Below, piece after piece: positions 16,972 to 26,588 of a stretch of DNA of 29,910 nucleotides. This DNA comes from a virus. Its lineage: Duplodnaviria > Caudoviricetes. The position numbers and the translations under genes were made by a program. The notes beneath the pieces were generated by a model. That model made no database searches. It had not been told where the DNA came from and saw nothing but the letters and a program-made list of their open reading frames with translations. Positions within the stretch are counted from its first letter, which is position 1, and each line of letters begins with the position of its first letter. The DNA lies in the IMG/VR virus record IMGVR_UViG_3300038317_000212, positions 1-29,910 of that record; one strand, given 5' to 3'.

Positions 16972-17724
16972 ATGGACGAATTAGTAAAAATCAATTATGA
17001 AAATCAACGACCAACCGTACTCGGTCGTGATTTACATGAAGCCTTGGATGTAAAGACCGCTTATAAAGATTGGTTTCCAAGAATGTGTGAGTACGGATTT
17101 GAGGAAGGATCAGACTTTAGCTCATTTTTGAGCGAAAGTACTGGAGGCAGACCAAGCATAGACCATCAGTTAACAATTGACATGGCAAAAGAGCTGTGCA
17201 TGATACAGCGTACTCCAAAAGGGAAAGAGTGCCGTCAATACTTTCTTGAAATAGAAAGAAGATGGAATTCCCCAGAAGCGATCATGGCAAGGGCACTTCA
17301 GATTGCCAATCAACAGCTAACTCAAGTAAGGAAACAAAATAAAATGCTTGAAGGTACGATTGCTGTTCAGAATCAGCAAATTGCAGAAATGAAACCGAAA
17401 GTGTCTTATTACGATGTGGTTTTAAATTGCAAAGACCTCATTTCCACATCAGCAATCGCCAAAGATTACGGTAAGTCAGCTATTTGGATGAACCGCTATC
17501 TTAATAAAAAGGGCATCCAATTTAAACAAGGTGGTATCTGGCTTTTATATCAGAAGCATGCGGAAAAAGGATACACCAGTACTAAGACACATAGCTACCT
17601 TGGCAGTAACGGTGAACAGCATACAAAGGTCCATACATATTGGACTCAAAAAGGCAGACTCTTCATTTACGAACTTATGAAGGCGGACGGTATTTTGCCT
17701 CAGATAGAAATGGAGGGTGTGTAA
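16972..17724 (+). CDS. Phage antirepressor (AntA/AntB plus ANT/KilAC)
   Basis: GRDLHEAL.V.T.YKDWF.RM.EYGF, MAKELCMIQR, KPKVSYYD, TYWTQKGRLFI. Confidence 0.9.
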   Translation: MDELVKINYENQRPTVLGRDLHEALDVKTAYKDWFPRMCEYGFEEGSDFSSFLSESTGGRPSIDHQLTIDMAKELCMIQRTPKGKECRQYFLEIERRWNSPEAIMARALQIANQQLTQVRKQNKMLEGTIAVQNQQIAEMKPKVSYYDVVLNCKDLISTSAIAKDYGKSAIWMNRYLNKKGIQFKQGGIWLLYQKHAEKGYTSTKTHSYLGSNGEQHTKVHTYWTQKGRLFIYELMKADGILPQIEMEGV

Positions 17725-18158
17725 TGGGAATCAACAAATTTAACCATGAAGGATACCATGACCCAACTCCCCATGAAGCACTAACCAACATAATGAGAAA
17801 GGAAAAGGCAGAGAAAAAATCTGCCTTTAAGCCGCTTGTATATATCTGTTCTCCCTATTCCGGTGATGTAAAAGGAAACGTTAAAAAGGCTCGTAGTTTT
17901 TGCAGGTTTGCCTTAGACCAAAACTGTATTCCGATTGCTCCCCATCTTATGTTTCCACAGTTTATGGATGATGAAAACCCAGAGGAACGAGAGCTTGCCA
18001 TATTTATGGACATCGTGCTTATGGGCAAATGCTCCGAGGTGTGGGTGCTGGGCAATACCATCTCAAGCGGTATGGCGAGGGAAATTGAAGTAGCCAAGAA
18101 ACGCAGACAAACGGTCAGGTATTTTAATCCGGAGCATGAGGAGGTTGAAAGCTTATGA
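17724..18158 (+). CDS. DUF4406-like / nucleoside deoxyribosyltransferase-fold protein
   Basis: YICSPYSGD, PIAPHL.FPQF, C.EVWV.G..IS.GM..EI; TAATG coupling to the previous gene. Confidence 0.75.
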   Translation: MGINKFNHEGYHDPTPHEALTNIMRKEKAEKKSAFKPLVYICSPYSGDVKGNVKKARSFCRFALDQNCIPIAPHLMFPQFMDDENPEERELAIFMDIVLMGKCSEVWVLGNTISSGMAREIEVAKKRRQTVRYFNPEHEEVESL

Positions 18159-20521
18159 AAATTGCAGTAGGCAATAGCCGGATGGATAGAAAATGGAAAA
18201 ACAAAGATATCTCCTGGGAGGATTTTTGCTCCCGTGTAAAGACGACGCAACGTACCACGGAAACAGTAGAAGAATATCGGAAACTTAAAAGAGGTCAACA
18301 AGATGATATCAAGGATGTGGGCGGCTTTGTTGGAGGGCATTTAAAAGAAGGAAGGCGAAAGAAGGGCAATGTTTTATGCCGTTCTTTGCTTACCCTTGAT
18401 ATGGATTACGGTAGACCAGATATTTGGGAGCAAATCAGTATGCTTTTCGACTACAAATGTTGTGTTTACTCCACTCATAAGCACACACCAGAAAATCCGA
18501 GACTCAGACTTATCGTTCCCCTTGCTCGTGAGATCAGCGAAGAAGAATATGCAGCTGTTGGACGTATGGTGGCAAAAGAAATTGGTATTGATCTTTTCGA
18601 TGATACGACATATGAAGCCCATCGCCTTATGTATTGGCCATCCACTTCCTCTAACGGTAAATTTGTCTACGAAGAGCAGGATGGAGCATTACTTGACCCG
18701 GATATTTATCTTGCAAAATATGAAAACTGGCGAGATACATCAACTTGGCCCGTATCAAGCAGGCAGTCTGAAGTTATTAAACGTAGTCTTAAAGAACAAG
18801 CCGATCCGCTTTTAAAGGAAGGTGTGGTAGGAACTTTCTGTCGAGCCTATTCCGTTCGTGAAGCAATTGATAAATTTTTAGGTGCAGTTTATGCACCATC
18901 TGCTATGGAAGGGCGCTATGACTATATTCCAGCTGACAGTAGTGCGGGTGTGATTATCTATGATGATAAATTTGCATACAGCCACCATGCCACCGACCCG
19001 GCAAGTGGTCTGCTCCTCAATGCTTTTGACCTCGTTCGTATTCATAAATTCGGCTCTTTAGATGATAGAGCTTCCACTACTACGGCTCCTGGCAGGATGC
19101 CGTCTTTTGTGGCAATGTGCGAGTTTGCTATAAAAGACGATGCAGTGAAAGCTGAGTTTGCCAAAGAAAGACAGGCTCAAGCTGAAGAGGAGTTTAGCGA
19201 TGAAGATTGGCAGACGGGATTGGAACTGGATAAGCAAGGGCGAATAAAAGACACACTGGACAACATCGTTCTGATTATTCGGCATGATGAGGATTTACAA
19301 CATATAGCTTTTAATTGCCACCGTGATGGTATCGATGCCAAAGGTGGTCTGCCTTGGGATCAGATCAAGGCTGGTTGGAATGATTCGGACAATGCACTTC
19401 TTAAGGTGTACTTAAGCAGCAAATATGGAGTCTATTCTCCTACCAAGACCAAGGATGCTGTGTTAGCGGTAGCATCAGAACGAGCATACCATCCTGTTAA
19501 GGAGTACCTAGACTCCCTGCCAAAATGGGATGGTATTAGTCGAGTAGAGAATCTGCTCATTGATTATTTCGGTGCTACAGATAATTCCTATACAAAAGCA
19601 GTCATTCGCAAAACGATGGTTGCGGCGGTAGCCCGTATTTATAGACCAGGCACAAAGTTTGATAGTGTTCTTATCTTAAACGGTCCTCAAGGCATCGGTA
19701 AGTCAACCTTCTTTGCCAAGCTTGCCGGAGATTGGTTTTCAGATAGTTTGACCATTACGGACATGAAAGATAAATCAGGTGCTGAAAAACTTCAAGGATA
19801 TTGGTTGTTGGAACTCGGTGAGCTTGCAGGAATGCGTAAGACGGATGTGGAGATTGTGAAGTCCTTTATTTCGAGGGCGGATGATAAGTACCGTGCCAGT
19901 TATGGGGTCAACGTCGAAAGCCATCCCCGTCAATGCGTAATTGTAGGTTCTACCAATGCCGAAAGTGGCTTTCTTCGGGATATTACGGGTAACCGTAGAT
20001 TCTGGCCAGTCCGCATTAGTGGCAACAGTAAAAAGAAAGCTTGGCAGATGACCAAAGAGGAAGTACAGCAGATTTGGGCAGAGGCTCTAGTTCTTTATGA
20101 GAAGGGCGAAAAACTCTACCTTGAAGGTGATGATGTATCCATGGCAACTAGTGAACAGGCAGATGCCATGGAAACAGATGAACGAGAAGGACTGGTTCGT
20201 ACTTACTTGGATACGCTCTTGCCAGATGATTGGGACACGATGTCTTTATACGAGCGTAGAAATTTCCTCGGAGGTAGCGAATTTGGCGGCGGCACCCGTG
20301 TTGGAACAGTAAAAAGGACCCTTGTCTGCAATATGGAAATTTGGTGTGAGTGTTTCGGTAAAGAGGCATCAATGTTAAAACCATCAGATTCCTATGCTAT
20401 CGGTGCCATTATGAGAAAGATCAGTGAGTGGAACAAGTACACTGGGAACAAGAATGGTGTTGTAACGTTTCCTGTCTACGGAAAGCAACGAGCTTATTCC
20501 CGAGTCGAGGAACAACGCTAA
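18155..20521 (+). CDS. Primase-helicase, VapE (virulence-associated E) family
   Basis: N-terminal primase-like LDMD/YSTHKH/PRLR; C-terminal Walker A GPQGIGKST, ELGEL, FLRDITGNRRFWPV. Confidence 0.9.
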   Translation: MKIAVGNSRMDRKWKNKDISWEDFCSRVKTTQRTTETVEEYRKLKRGQQDDIKDVGGFVGGHLKEGRRKKGNVLCRSLLTLDMDYGRPDIWEQISMLFDYKCCVYSTHKHTPENPRLRLIVPLAREISEEEYAAVGRMVAKEIGIDLFDDTTYEAHRLMYWPSTSSNGKFVYEEQDGALLDPDIYLAKYENWRDTSTWPVSSRQSEVIKRSLKEQADPLLKEGVVGTFCRAYSVREAIDKFLGAVYAPSAMEGRYDYIPADSSAGVIIYDDKFAYSHHATDPASGLLLNAFDLVRIHKFGSLDDRASTTTAPGRMPSFVAMCEFAIKDDAVKAEFAKERQAQAEEEFSDEDWQTGLELDKQGRIKDTLDNIVLIIRHDEDLQHIAFNCHRDGIDAKGGLPWDQIKAGWNDSDNALLKVYLSSKYGVYSPTKTKDAVLAVASERAYHPVKEYLDSLPKWDGISRVENLLIDYFGATDNSYTKAVIRKTMVAAVARIYRPGTKFDSVLILNGPQGIGKSTFFAKLAGDWFSDSLTITDMKDKSGAEKLQGYWLLELGELAGMRKTDVEIVKSFISRADDKYRASYGVNVESHPRQCVIVGSTNAESGFLRDITGNRRFWPVRISGNSKKKAWQMTKEEVQQIWAEALVLYEKGEKLYLEGDDVSMATSEQADAMETDEREGLVRTYLDTLLPDDWDTMSLYERRNFLGGSEFGGGTRVGTVKRTLVCNMEIWCECFGKEASMLKPSDSYAIGAIMRKISEWNKYTGNKNGVVTFPVYGKQRAYSRVEEQR

Positions 20522-20718
20522 GTTGTACCTTACCTTGTTCCCATGCTGGTTCTTTCCCTAAAGTTAGTAATGATAAGGAAAATCAACGGTTCGGAACAAG
20601 TGGAACAAGAAGTATCCTATTTATTTATAAATAGTAAAAAGAAGTAATAGTAGCCTGTGCATACACGCATACGCGCGCGTATAGGAAAATTGGGTTAAAG
20701 TTGTTTTCTTGTTCCGAA
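20430..20718. repeat. Putative replication origin with GGAACAA iterons
   Basis: GGAACAA at 20430, 20445, 20509, 20593 and 20602; TTGTTCC at 20535 and 20709; AT-rich core; alternating purine-pyrimidine tract at 20656-20683. Confidence 0.6.
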
Positions 20719-20741
20719 GCCTTTTTATATGGGAGGTATTT

Positions 20742-21023
20742 ATGCTTGAAAAATATATAGAAAAGAAACTGGTAGCGGAGGTAAAAAAGATGGGAGGCAT
20801 TGCGGCGAAGTTTGTTAGTCCAGGTTTAGATGGGATGCCAGACCGCCTTGTGCTTTTACCTTATGGGAAGATGGCTTTTGTGGAAGTAAAGGCTCCCGGA
20901 AAGAAACCTCGCCTGTTACAGATTAGAAGAATAAAGCAATTACAGAAGTTAGGCTTTACCTGCTATGTCATTGATGATGTTAAGCAGATTGGAGGGATAC
21001 TTGGTGAAATACAATCCTCATAA
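20742..21023 (+). CDS. VRR-NUC domain nuclease
   Basis: EKYIE, G.PDR, FVEVKAPG, LQ motifs; GGAGGT RBS. Confidence 0.88.
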   Translation: MLEKYIEKKLVAEVKKMGGIAAKFVSPGLDGMPDRLVLLPYGKMAFVEVKAPGKKPRLLQIRRIKQLQKLGFTCYVIDDVKQIGGILGEIQSS

Positions 21024-22365
21024 ATATCAGACCTATGCAACGAACTTCATACTTGAGCATCCCATCGCTGCGGTGTTTTTAGAAATGGGTCTTGGCAAAA
21101 GCGTCATTACTCTAACGGCTATATTTGACTTATGTCTTGATCGTTTTGAAATTGGAAAGGTTCTGGTCATTGCCCCACTTCGAGTAGCAAGGGATACTTG
21201 GCCAGCTGAGATAAATAAGTGGGAACATTTAAAAGGACTGGAGTTTTCGGTAGCCATCGGCACAGAACAGGAGCGATTGGCGGCTCTTAGAAAACCTGCA
21301 AGTGTCTATCTTATAAATAGAGAAAATATTGACTGGTTGGTAAACAAAAGTGGCATCCCTTTTGACTATGACATGGTGGTAATCGATGAGCTATCATCCT
21401 TTAAGTCCTATGGTGCAAAAAGATTCAAAAGTCTACTAAAAGTCAGACCAAGGGCAAAACGGATTGTGGGTCTTACGGGTACACCATCGAGTAATGGGTT
21501 AATGGATTTGTGGGCAGAGTTTCGTATTCTCGACATGGGTAAAAGACTCGGCAGGTACATAACTCACTACCGCAATTCCTTCTTTACACCGGATAAACGT
21601 AATCAGCAAATCGTATTTTCATATAAACCATTGCCAGGTGCTGAAGATGCCATATATCGGCTCATTTCGGATATCACCATTTCCATGAAATCAGTGGACT
21701 TTCTGAAAATGCCAGAATGCATGATTAATGAAGTGCCTGTGTATCTAAATAACAAAGAACAATCCGTATATGATCGCTTTCGTGAAGAGATGGTTCTTGA
21801 ATTTGCTGATGAAGAAATAGATGCCATGAATGCAGCCGTCCTTTCAGGCAAACTTCTGCAAATGGCAAACGGTGCGATCTATGGTGATGATAAAAATCCC
21901 CATATTATCCACGACCGCAAGCTAGATGCTCTTGAGGATTTAATTGAAGGTGCTAACGGAAAACCTGTGCTTATTGCCTATTGGTATAATCACGATTTAG
22001 AGCGTATTAAGGCAAAATTCAATGTCAGAGAAATTAAGACTTCCAAGGATATCAAGGATTGGAACAATGGCGATATTTCTGTAGCGGTTATCCATCCTGC
22101 ATCTGCGGGACACGGCCTTAACTTACAAAGTGGTGGTTCAACGCTTATCTGGTTTGGACTTACTTGGAGTCTTGAACTCTATCAGCAAACCAATGCGAGA
22201 CTTTGGAGGCAAGGTCAAAATGATACAGTGGTTATCCATCACATTATTACTAAAGGTACGATTGATGAAGATGTGATGAGAGCCTTGAAACGAAAGGAAA
22301 AGACACAATCTGATCTTATCAATGCGGTCAAAGCAAATCTTGGGAAAGCGAGGGATGCTGTTTGA
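21004..22365 (+). CDS. SNF2-like helicase
   Basis: MGLGKS, DELS, LTGTP, GHGLNLQ, QTNARLWRQGQ; GTG start after GGAGG. Confidence 0.92.
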   Translation: MKYNPHKYQTYATNFILEHPIAAVFLEMGLGKSVITLTAIFDLCLDRFEIGKVLVIAPLRVARDTWPAEINKWEHLKGLEFSVAIGTEQERLAALRKPASVYLINRENIDWLVNKSGIPFDYDMVVIDELSSFKSYGAKRFKSLLKVRPRAKRIVGLTGTPSSNGLMDLWAEFRILDMGKRLGRYITHYRNSFFTPDKRNQQIVFSYKPLPGAEDAIYRLISDITISMKSVDFLKMPECMINEVPVYLNNKEQSVYDRFREEMVLEFADEEIDAMNAAVLSGKLLQMANGAIYGDDKNPHIIHDRKLDALEDLIEGANGKPVLIAYWYNHDLERIKAKFNVREIKTSKDIKDWNNGDISVAVIHPASAGHGLNLQSGGSTLIWFGLTWSLELYQQTNARLWRQGQNDTVVIHHIITKGTIDEDVMRALKRKEKTQSDLINAVKANLGKARDAV

Positions 22366-22583
22366 TGGACGCTTTTGAAAAACTAGCAAATGCCATTATT
22401 CTACAGGCGGTCAAGGATTATCGTTTTGCACTGAAAAGACTAGCAAAACACCCTCGCAATGATTCTGCTTTATATACAAAACGTGAGGTTGAGTACTTCT
22501 TTCATTCTGGATTGTTTAATGTCCTCACCTCCCTAAACCCTGACATGTTAATTCAACAGCTACAAGAGGAGGTGGTGCGATGA
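22362..22583 (+). CDS. Phage hypothetical protein
   Basis: LANAIILQAVKDYR motif; translationally coupled. Start may be ATG 22365. Confidence 0.8.
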   Translation: MMDAFEKLANAIILQAVKDYRFALKRLAKHPRNDSALYTKREVEYFFHSGLFNVLTSLNPDMLIQQLQEEVVR

Positions 22584-22993
22584 TGACAGCTAAGGAATTC
22601 TTAAAGCAGGCTTATCGCTTGAATGAATTGATTAATTCCGACCTTGAAGAGTTACAAAACTTAAGGGAACTATCAAGAAGTGTTTCATCCCCCGTTCTTG
22701 AGGAAAAAGTCAGTAGAACCAAGAGTACTGACCCACCCTTTGAAAAATATGTGATTAGGATAGTAGATTTGGAGCAACAGATACAACAAGAGGTTGAGCG
22801 ATTAATAAAGCTGAAATCAGATATCCGTGAAGCAATTAACCAGATGGAAAATGTGGATGAGAAGCTACTTCTTCGCTACCGATACATTAACTTTCTTAAC
22901 TGGGAAGAAATCTGTGTCAATCTTAATGTTTCTATGAGAACCGTGCATAGACTCCATTCATCCGCTTTGCAACATTTAAAGGTACCTAAATAA
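22580..22993 (+). CDS. DUF1492/ArpU/RinA-like late transcription regulator
   Basis: TAKEFL.Q N-terminus; LLRYRY....WEEI...L..S.RTVHRLH..AL HTH; located just before the packaging module. Confidence 0.82.
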   Translation: MMTAKEFLKQAYRLNELINSDLEELQNLRELSRSVSSPVLEEKVSRTKSTDPPFEKYVIRIVDLEQQIQQEVERLIKLKSDIREAINQMENVDEKLLLRYRYINFLNWEEICVNLNVSMRTVHRLHSSALQHLKVPK

Positions 22994-22995
22994 AA

Positions 22996-23061
22996 GTTGG
23001 CACACCGTGGCACAGTTTGGCATACGGTGACACTGTTTGTCCGTAGTGAAAGTTATATAAT
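22996..23061 (+). promoter_or_regulatory. Activator-dependent late promoter with 10-bp-phased repeats
   Basis: TGGCAC 22998, TGGCAC 23008, TGGCAT 23018, TGACAC 23028, then TATAAT 23056-23061 with no consensus -35. Confidence 0.7.
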
Positions 23062-23147
23062 GGTAGTATGGAATATTAGCAAACAGAAGCCTTCATGGGA
23101 GCATTTCTCCTGCGAGGGCTTTTTCTATGGGCAAAAGGAGGTGCAGT

Positions 23148-23507
23148 ATGCCAAAGAAACCTAAGCGACCGTGCTCTTACCCTGGTTGCCCAGAGCTGAC
23201 TGACAGTCGCTTTTGTGAAGAGCATGGTAAGAAGGAAGCTGCACGGTATGAAAAGTATGATCGTGACCCAGCAACCCGTAAGCGTTATGGTCGTGCTTGG
23301 AAAAGGATACGTGACCGCTACATTGCAGCCCATCCTCTTTGTGAGGAATGTAAACGACTAGGAAAGCTAAACCCAGCAACCGAAGTGCATCACATTCTTC
23401 CTCTTGCAAGAGGGGGGACTCACGATAGAAGTAATCTGATGGCTCTTTGTACTCCTTGCCACTCTGCAATCACTGCAAGAGATGGAGACCGTTGGGGAAC
23501 CCGGTAG
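23148..23507 (+). CDS. HNH endonuclease (packaging-associated)
   Basis: PLCEEC, EVHHILPL..GG, NLMALC..CH; AAGGAGGT RBS. Confidence 0.9.
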   Translation: MPKKPKRPCSYPGCPELTDSRFCEEHGKKEAARYEKYDRDPATRKRYGRAWKRIRDRYIAAHPLCEECKRLGKLNPATEVHHILPLARGGTHDRSNLMALCTPCHSAITARDGDRWGTR

Positions 23508-23618
23508 GGGGAGTCAGATCTCCACAGCTTTTCATTTGTGTAACGGGCGTGGGGTAACGCGTGAAAATTCGCGGTTTCAAACGGGGTAATAGGCCCATCG
23601 ACGAAAAGAGGTGAGTGA

Positions 23619-24170
23619 ATGGCCAAAGATGGAACAAATCGTGGCGGCGCCCGTATAGGCTCCGGTCAAAAAAAGAAACCACTTGCTGACAAAATTGCAG
23701 AGGGGAACCCTGGTAAAAGAAAACTTGAAGTCGTTGAGTTCCAAAATACCGCTGACCTTAAGGGGCAGGAAATGCCAAAGCCAATGGCCATGCTCTCCGC
23801 AGTGCAAAAGTATGGAAAAACCCTAGTAGCGAGTGAAATCTATGAAATTACATGGAAATGGCTTGAGGAGCGAGGCTGTGCTCACTTGGTACTTCCACAG
23901 CTTCTAGAGCGATATGCCATGAGTGCGGCCAGATGGATACAGTGTGAGGAAGCAGTAACCGAGTTTGGCTTTCTAGCCAAGCACCCAACCACCGGCAATG
24001 CTATTCAAAGTCCTTATGTAGCGATGAGTCAGAACTTTATGAGTCAGACAAACAGGCTATGGATGGAGATATATCAAATCGTTCGAGAGAATTGTGCTAC
24101 AGAGTATTCTGGTTTAAATCCACAGGACGACGTGATGGAGCGACTGCTATCTGCCCGCAGAGGAAAATAA
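23619..24170 (+). CDS. Terminase small subunit (P27 family-like)
   Basis: RGGAR.G.G.KKK...GNPG N-terminus; LERYA...ARWIQCE; SPYV; follows HNH. Confidence 0.82.
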   Translation: MAKDGTNRGGARIGSGQKKKPLADKIAEGNPGKRKLEVVEFQNTADLKGQEMPKPMAMLSAVQKYGKTLVASEIYEITWKWLEERGCAHLVLPQLLERYAMSAARWIQCEEAVTEFGFLAKHPTTGNAIQSPYVAMSQNFMSQTNRLWMEIYQIVRENCATEYSGLNPQDDVMERLLSARRGK

Positions 24171-24190
24171 AGATAAGGAGATATGATGTA

Positions 24191-25366
24191 ATGAGTAAAA
24201 GGTACTTAACAGCAGAAAGTGTATGTGCTGGACATCCTGACAAACTATGCGACATCATTGCAGATAGCATTTTGGAAGCTTGCTTACGTAAAGATAGGGC
24301 GTCAAGGGTGGCTTGCGAGGTAATGGCAACCAAGGGAAAAATTATCGTGGCGGGCGAGATCTCCTGCAGCGAGAAAATCGACATCCGATACATTGTTAGA
24401 AATGTCTTAAAAGAGATTGGATACAACCCTCTAAAATTTTTGATTTATGTATATGTACATAATCAAAGTGTAGATATTGCTGCTGGTGTAAATACCGCAC
24501 TGGAAGCACGAAATGGAATAAACGAACAGTACGGTTCCATAGGTGCTGGAGACCAGGGAACTATGTATGGCTATGCTACAAAGGAAACAAGGGAAATGCT
24601 TCCCCTCCCTCTTGTACTGTCTCACAGAATAGTAAAGAGACTGGATGATTGTCGCAAAGGAAAGCTAATAAAAGGGATTCTTCCCGATGGTAAAGCACAA
24701 GTAACGGTGGAATATGAAGCTGACACTCCAGTGAGAATAAAGGCGATCGTGATATCGGTACAGCACGAGAAGAATAAAACAAAGGAAGAACTTAAGGCAG
24801 ATATCCTTAACAATGTCTTATGGCAGTGCTTTGAGGACTTCCCCTTTGATGATGAAACAGAACTTCTCATCAATCCATCAGGTCAGTTCGTTCTTGGTGG
24901 TCCCGCTGCCGATACGGGTTTGACTGGAAGAAAAATCATGGTTGATACCTATGGAGGGCTTGCATCTCATGGAGGTGGTGCTCTTTGTGGTAAAGACCCA
25001 ACCAAAGTTGACCGAAGCGGTGCTTACATGGCTCGGTATATTGCCAAGCATATTGTTTGGTGTGGTTATGCAAAGAAATGTGAAGTGAGTATTTCCTATG
25101 CCATTGGTAAGGCAAACCCAGTAGCCTTTACTGTAAATACCCTTGGTACTGGCACTGTTTCTGATGAAATATTAACTCTTGCTGCCCAAGAGATTTTTAA
25201 CTTAAGACCCGCAGCCATCATTGAAAAACTGCGTCTTAGAAATGTGATTTACTCTGACACCGCGGCTTATGGTCACTTTAATAGTTGTCTGTTCCCGTGG
25301 GAGGATGTAAATAAATACAGTGAATTTAGAAAGGCGGTGGAAAAGTATGTTGATAGAGAAGATTAA
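24191..25366 (+). CDS. metK: S-adenosylmethionine synthetase (phage-encoded)
   Basis: ESV..GHPDK, GAGDQG, DGKAQVT, D.GLTGRKI.VDTYGG, GKDPTKVDRS. Confidence 0.95.
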   Translation: MSKRYLTAESVCAGHPDKLCDIIADSILEACLRKDRASRVACEVMATKGKIIVAGEISCSEKIDIRYIVRNVLKEIGYNPLKFLIYVYVHNQSVDIAAGVNTALEARNGINEQYGSIGAGDQGTMYGYATKETREMLPLPLVLSHRIVKRLDDCRKGKLIKGILPDGKAQVTVEYEADTPVRIKAIVISVQHEKNKTKEELKADILNNVLWQCFEDFPFDDETELLINPSGQFVLGGPAADTGLTGRKIMVDTYGGLASHGGGALCGKDPTKVDRSGAYMARYIAKHIVWCGYAKKCEVSISYAIGKANPVAFTVNTLGTGTVSDEILTLAAQEIFNLRPAAIIEKLRLRNVIYSDTAAYGHFNSCLFPWEDVNKYSEFRKAVEKYVDRED

Positions 25367-26588
25367 AACGAAACAACTCATCCCCGCTGAATATAACCCA
25401 AGGAAAGATTTAAAACCGGGTGATCCAGAATATGAAAAACTTAAACGTTCCCTTGAGGAGTTTGGGTATGTAGAACCCGTTATATGGAATAAGACCACAG
25501 GCAGAGTTATCGGAGGGCATCAACGCTTGAAAGTCCTGCTGAGTATGGGCATGGATGAAATAGAATGCGTAGTTGTCGAAATGGATGAGCAAAAGGAAAA
25601 GGCTCTGAATATTGCACTAAATAAAATAAGTGGCGATTGGGATAAAGATAAATTGGCACTTCTCATTACAGACCTAAATGCTTCTGATTTTGATGTTTCT
25701 CTTACAGGATTTGACCCAGGAGAGTTGGAGGATCTTTTTAAAGATTCCCTTAAGGATAATATAAAAGAAGATGAATTTGATGTAGACAGCGAGCTGAAAA
25801 AGCCCGCTGTTTCGCATTTAGGGGATGTTTGGATACTTGGACAGCATCGATTAGTCTGCGGAGACAGTACAAAGAAAGACACCTTTGATGTCTTGATGGA
25901 AGGGAAAGCTGCCAATCTGGTAGTTACGGACCCTCCATATAACGTTAACTATGAAGGCACTGCCGGAAAAATTAAAAATGACAATATGGCGAATGAAGCG
26001 TTCTATGATTTTCTGCTTGCGGCATTTCAAAACACCGAAGCAGCGATGGCAAAGGACGCTTCTATTTATGTATTCCATGCTGATACGGAAGGACTCAATT
26101 TCAGAAGAGCATTCTCCGATGCAGGATTTTATCTTTCTGGTACTTGTATATGGAAAAAGCAGTCACTTGTTCTCGGTCGCTCTCCTTATCAATGGCAACA
26201 TGAACCTGTACTCTTTGGATGGAAAAGGAAAGGCAAGCATCTCTGGTATTCAGACCGTAAGCAGACCACCATCTGGGAGTTTGAGAAACCGAAGAAAAAC
26301 GGCGACCACCCAACCATGAAACCAGTGGCACTTGTGGCATACCCCATTATGAATTCGAGCCTTAGTAACTGTATCGTGCTTGATCCCTTTGGAGGTTCAG
26401 GAAGTACACTGATTGCCTGTGAGCAGACAGATAGAATTTGTTACACCATTGAACTGGATGAAAAGTACTGCGATGTCATCGTGAAAAGGTATATTGAGCA
26501 AGTTGGAAACTCTGATGGTGTGTTTCTTTTAAGAGATGGTTCGAAATTCAGATATTGTGATTTGCCAGAGGTGAGTGAAGATGAGTAA
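25347..26588 (+). CDS. ParB-N domain plus beta-class amino DNA methyltransferase
   Basis: YNPRK...GYVEPVIWN...GGHQR (ParB/Srx); DPPY; HPTMKP; DPFGGSGST. Confidence 0.9.
   Translation: MLIEKIKTKQLIPAEYNPRKDLKPGDPEYEKLKRSLEEFGYVEPVIWNKTTGRVIGGHQRLKVLLSMGMDEIECVVVEMDEQKEKALNIALNKISGDWDKDKLALLITDLNASDFDVSLTGFDPGELEDLFKDSLKDNIKEDEFDVDSELKKPAVSHLGDVWILGQHRLVCGDSTKKDTFDVLMEGKAANLVVTDPPYNVNYEGTAGKIKNDNMANEAFYDFLLAAFQNTEAAMAKDASIYVFHADTEGLNFRRAFSDAGFYLSGTCIWKKQSLVLGRSPYQWQHEPVLFGWKRKGKHLWYSDRKQTTIWEFEKPKKNGDHPTMKPVALVAYPIMNSSLSNCIVLDPFGGSGSTLIACEQTDRICYTIELDEKYCDVIVKRYIEQVGNSDGVFLLRDGSKFRYCDLPEVSEDE

Noticed and set aside
18155-20521. Virulence role for VapE (and for the 28848 protein)
   Set aside because: The labels are historical; the motifs and context indicate replication or unknown phage functions.
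22996-23045. Periodic repeats as a mini-CRISPR
   Set aside because: The period is only 10 bp with no spacers; better explained as activator boxes.
24191-25366. metK as a host housekeeping gene marking the prophage end
   Set aside because: It lies directly between TerS and phage MTases, and phage-type genes continue beyond it.
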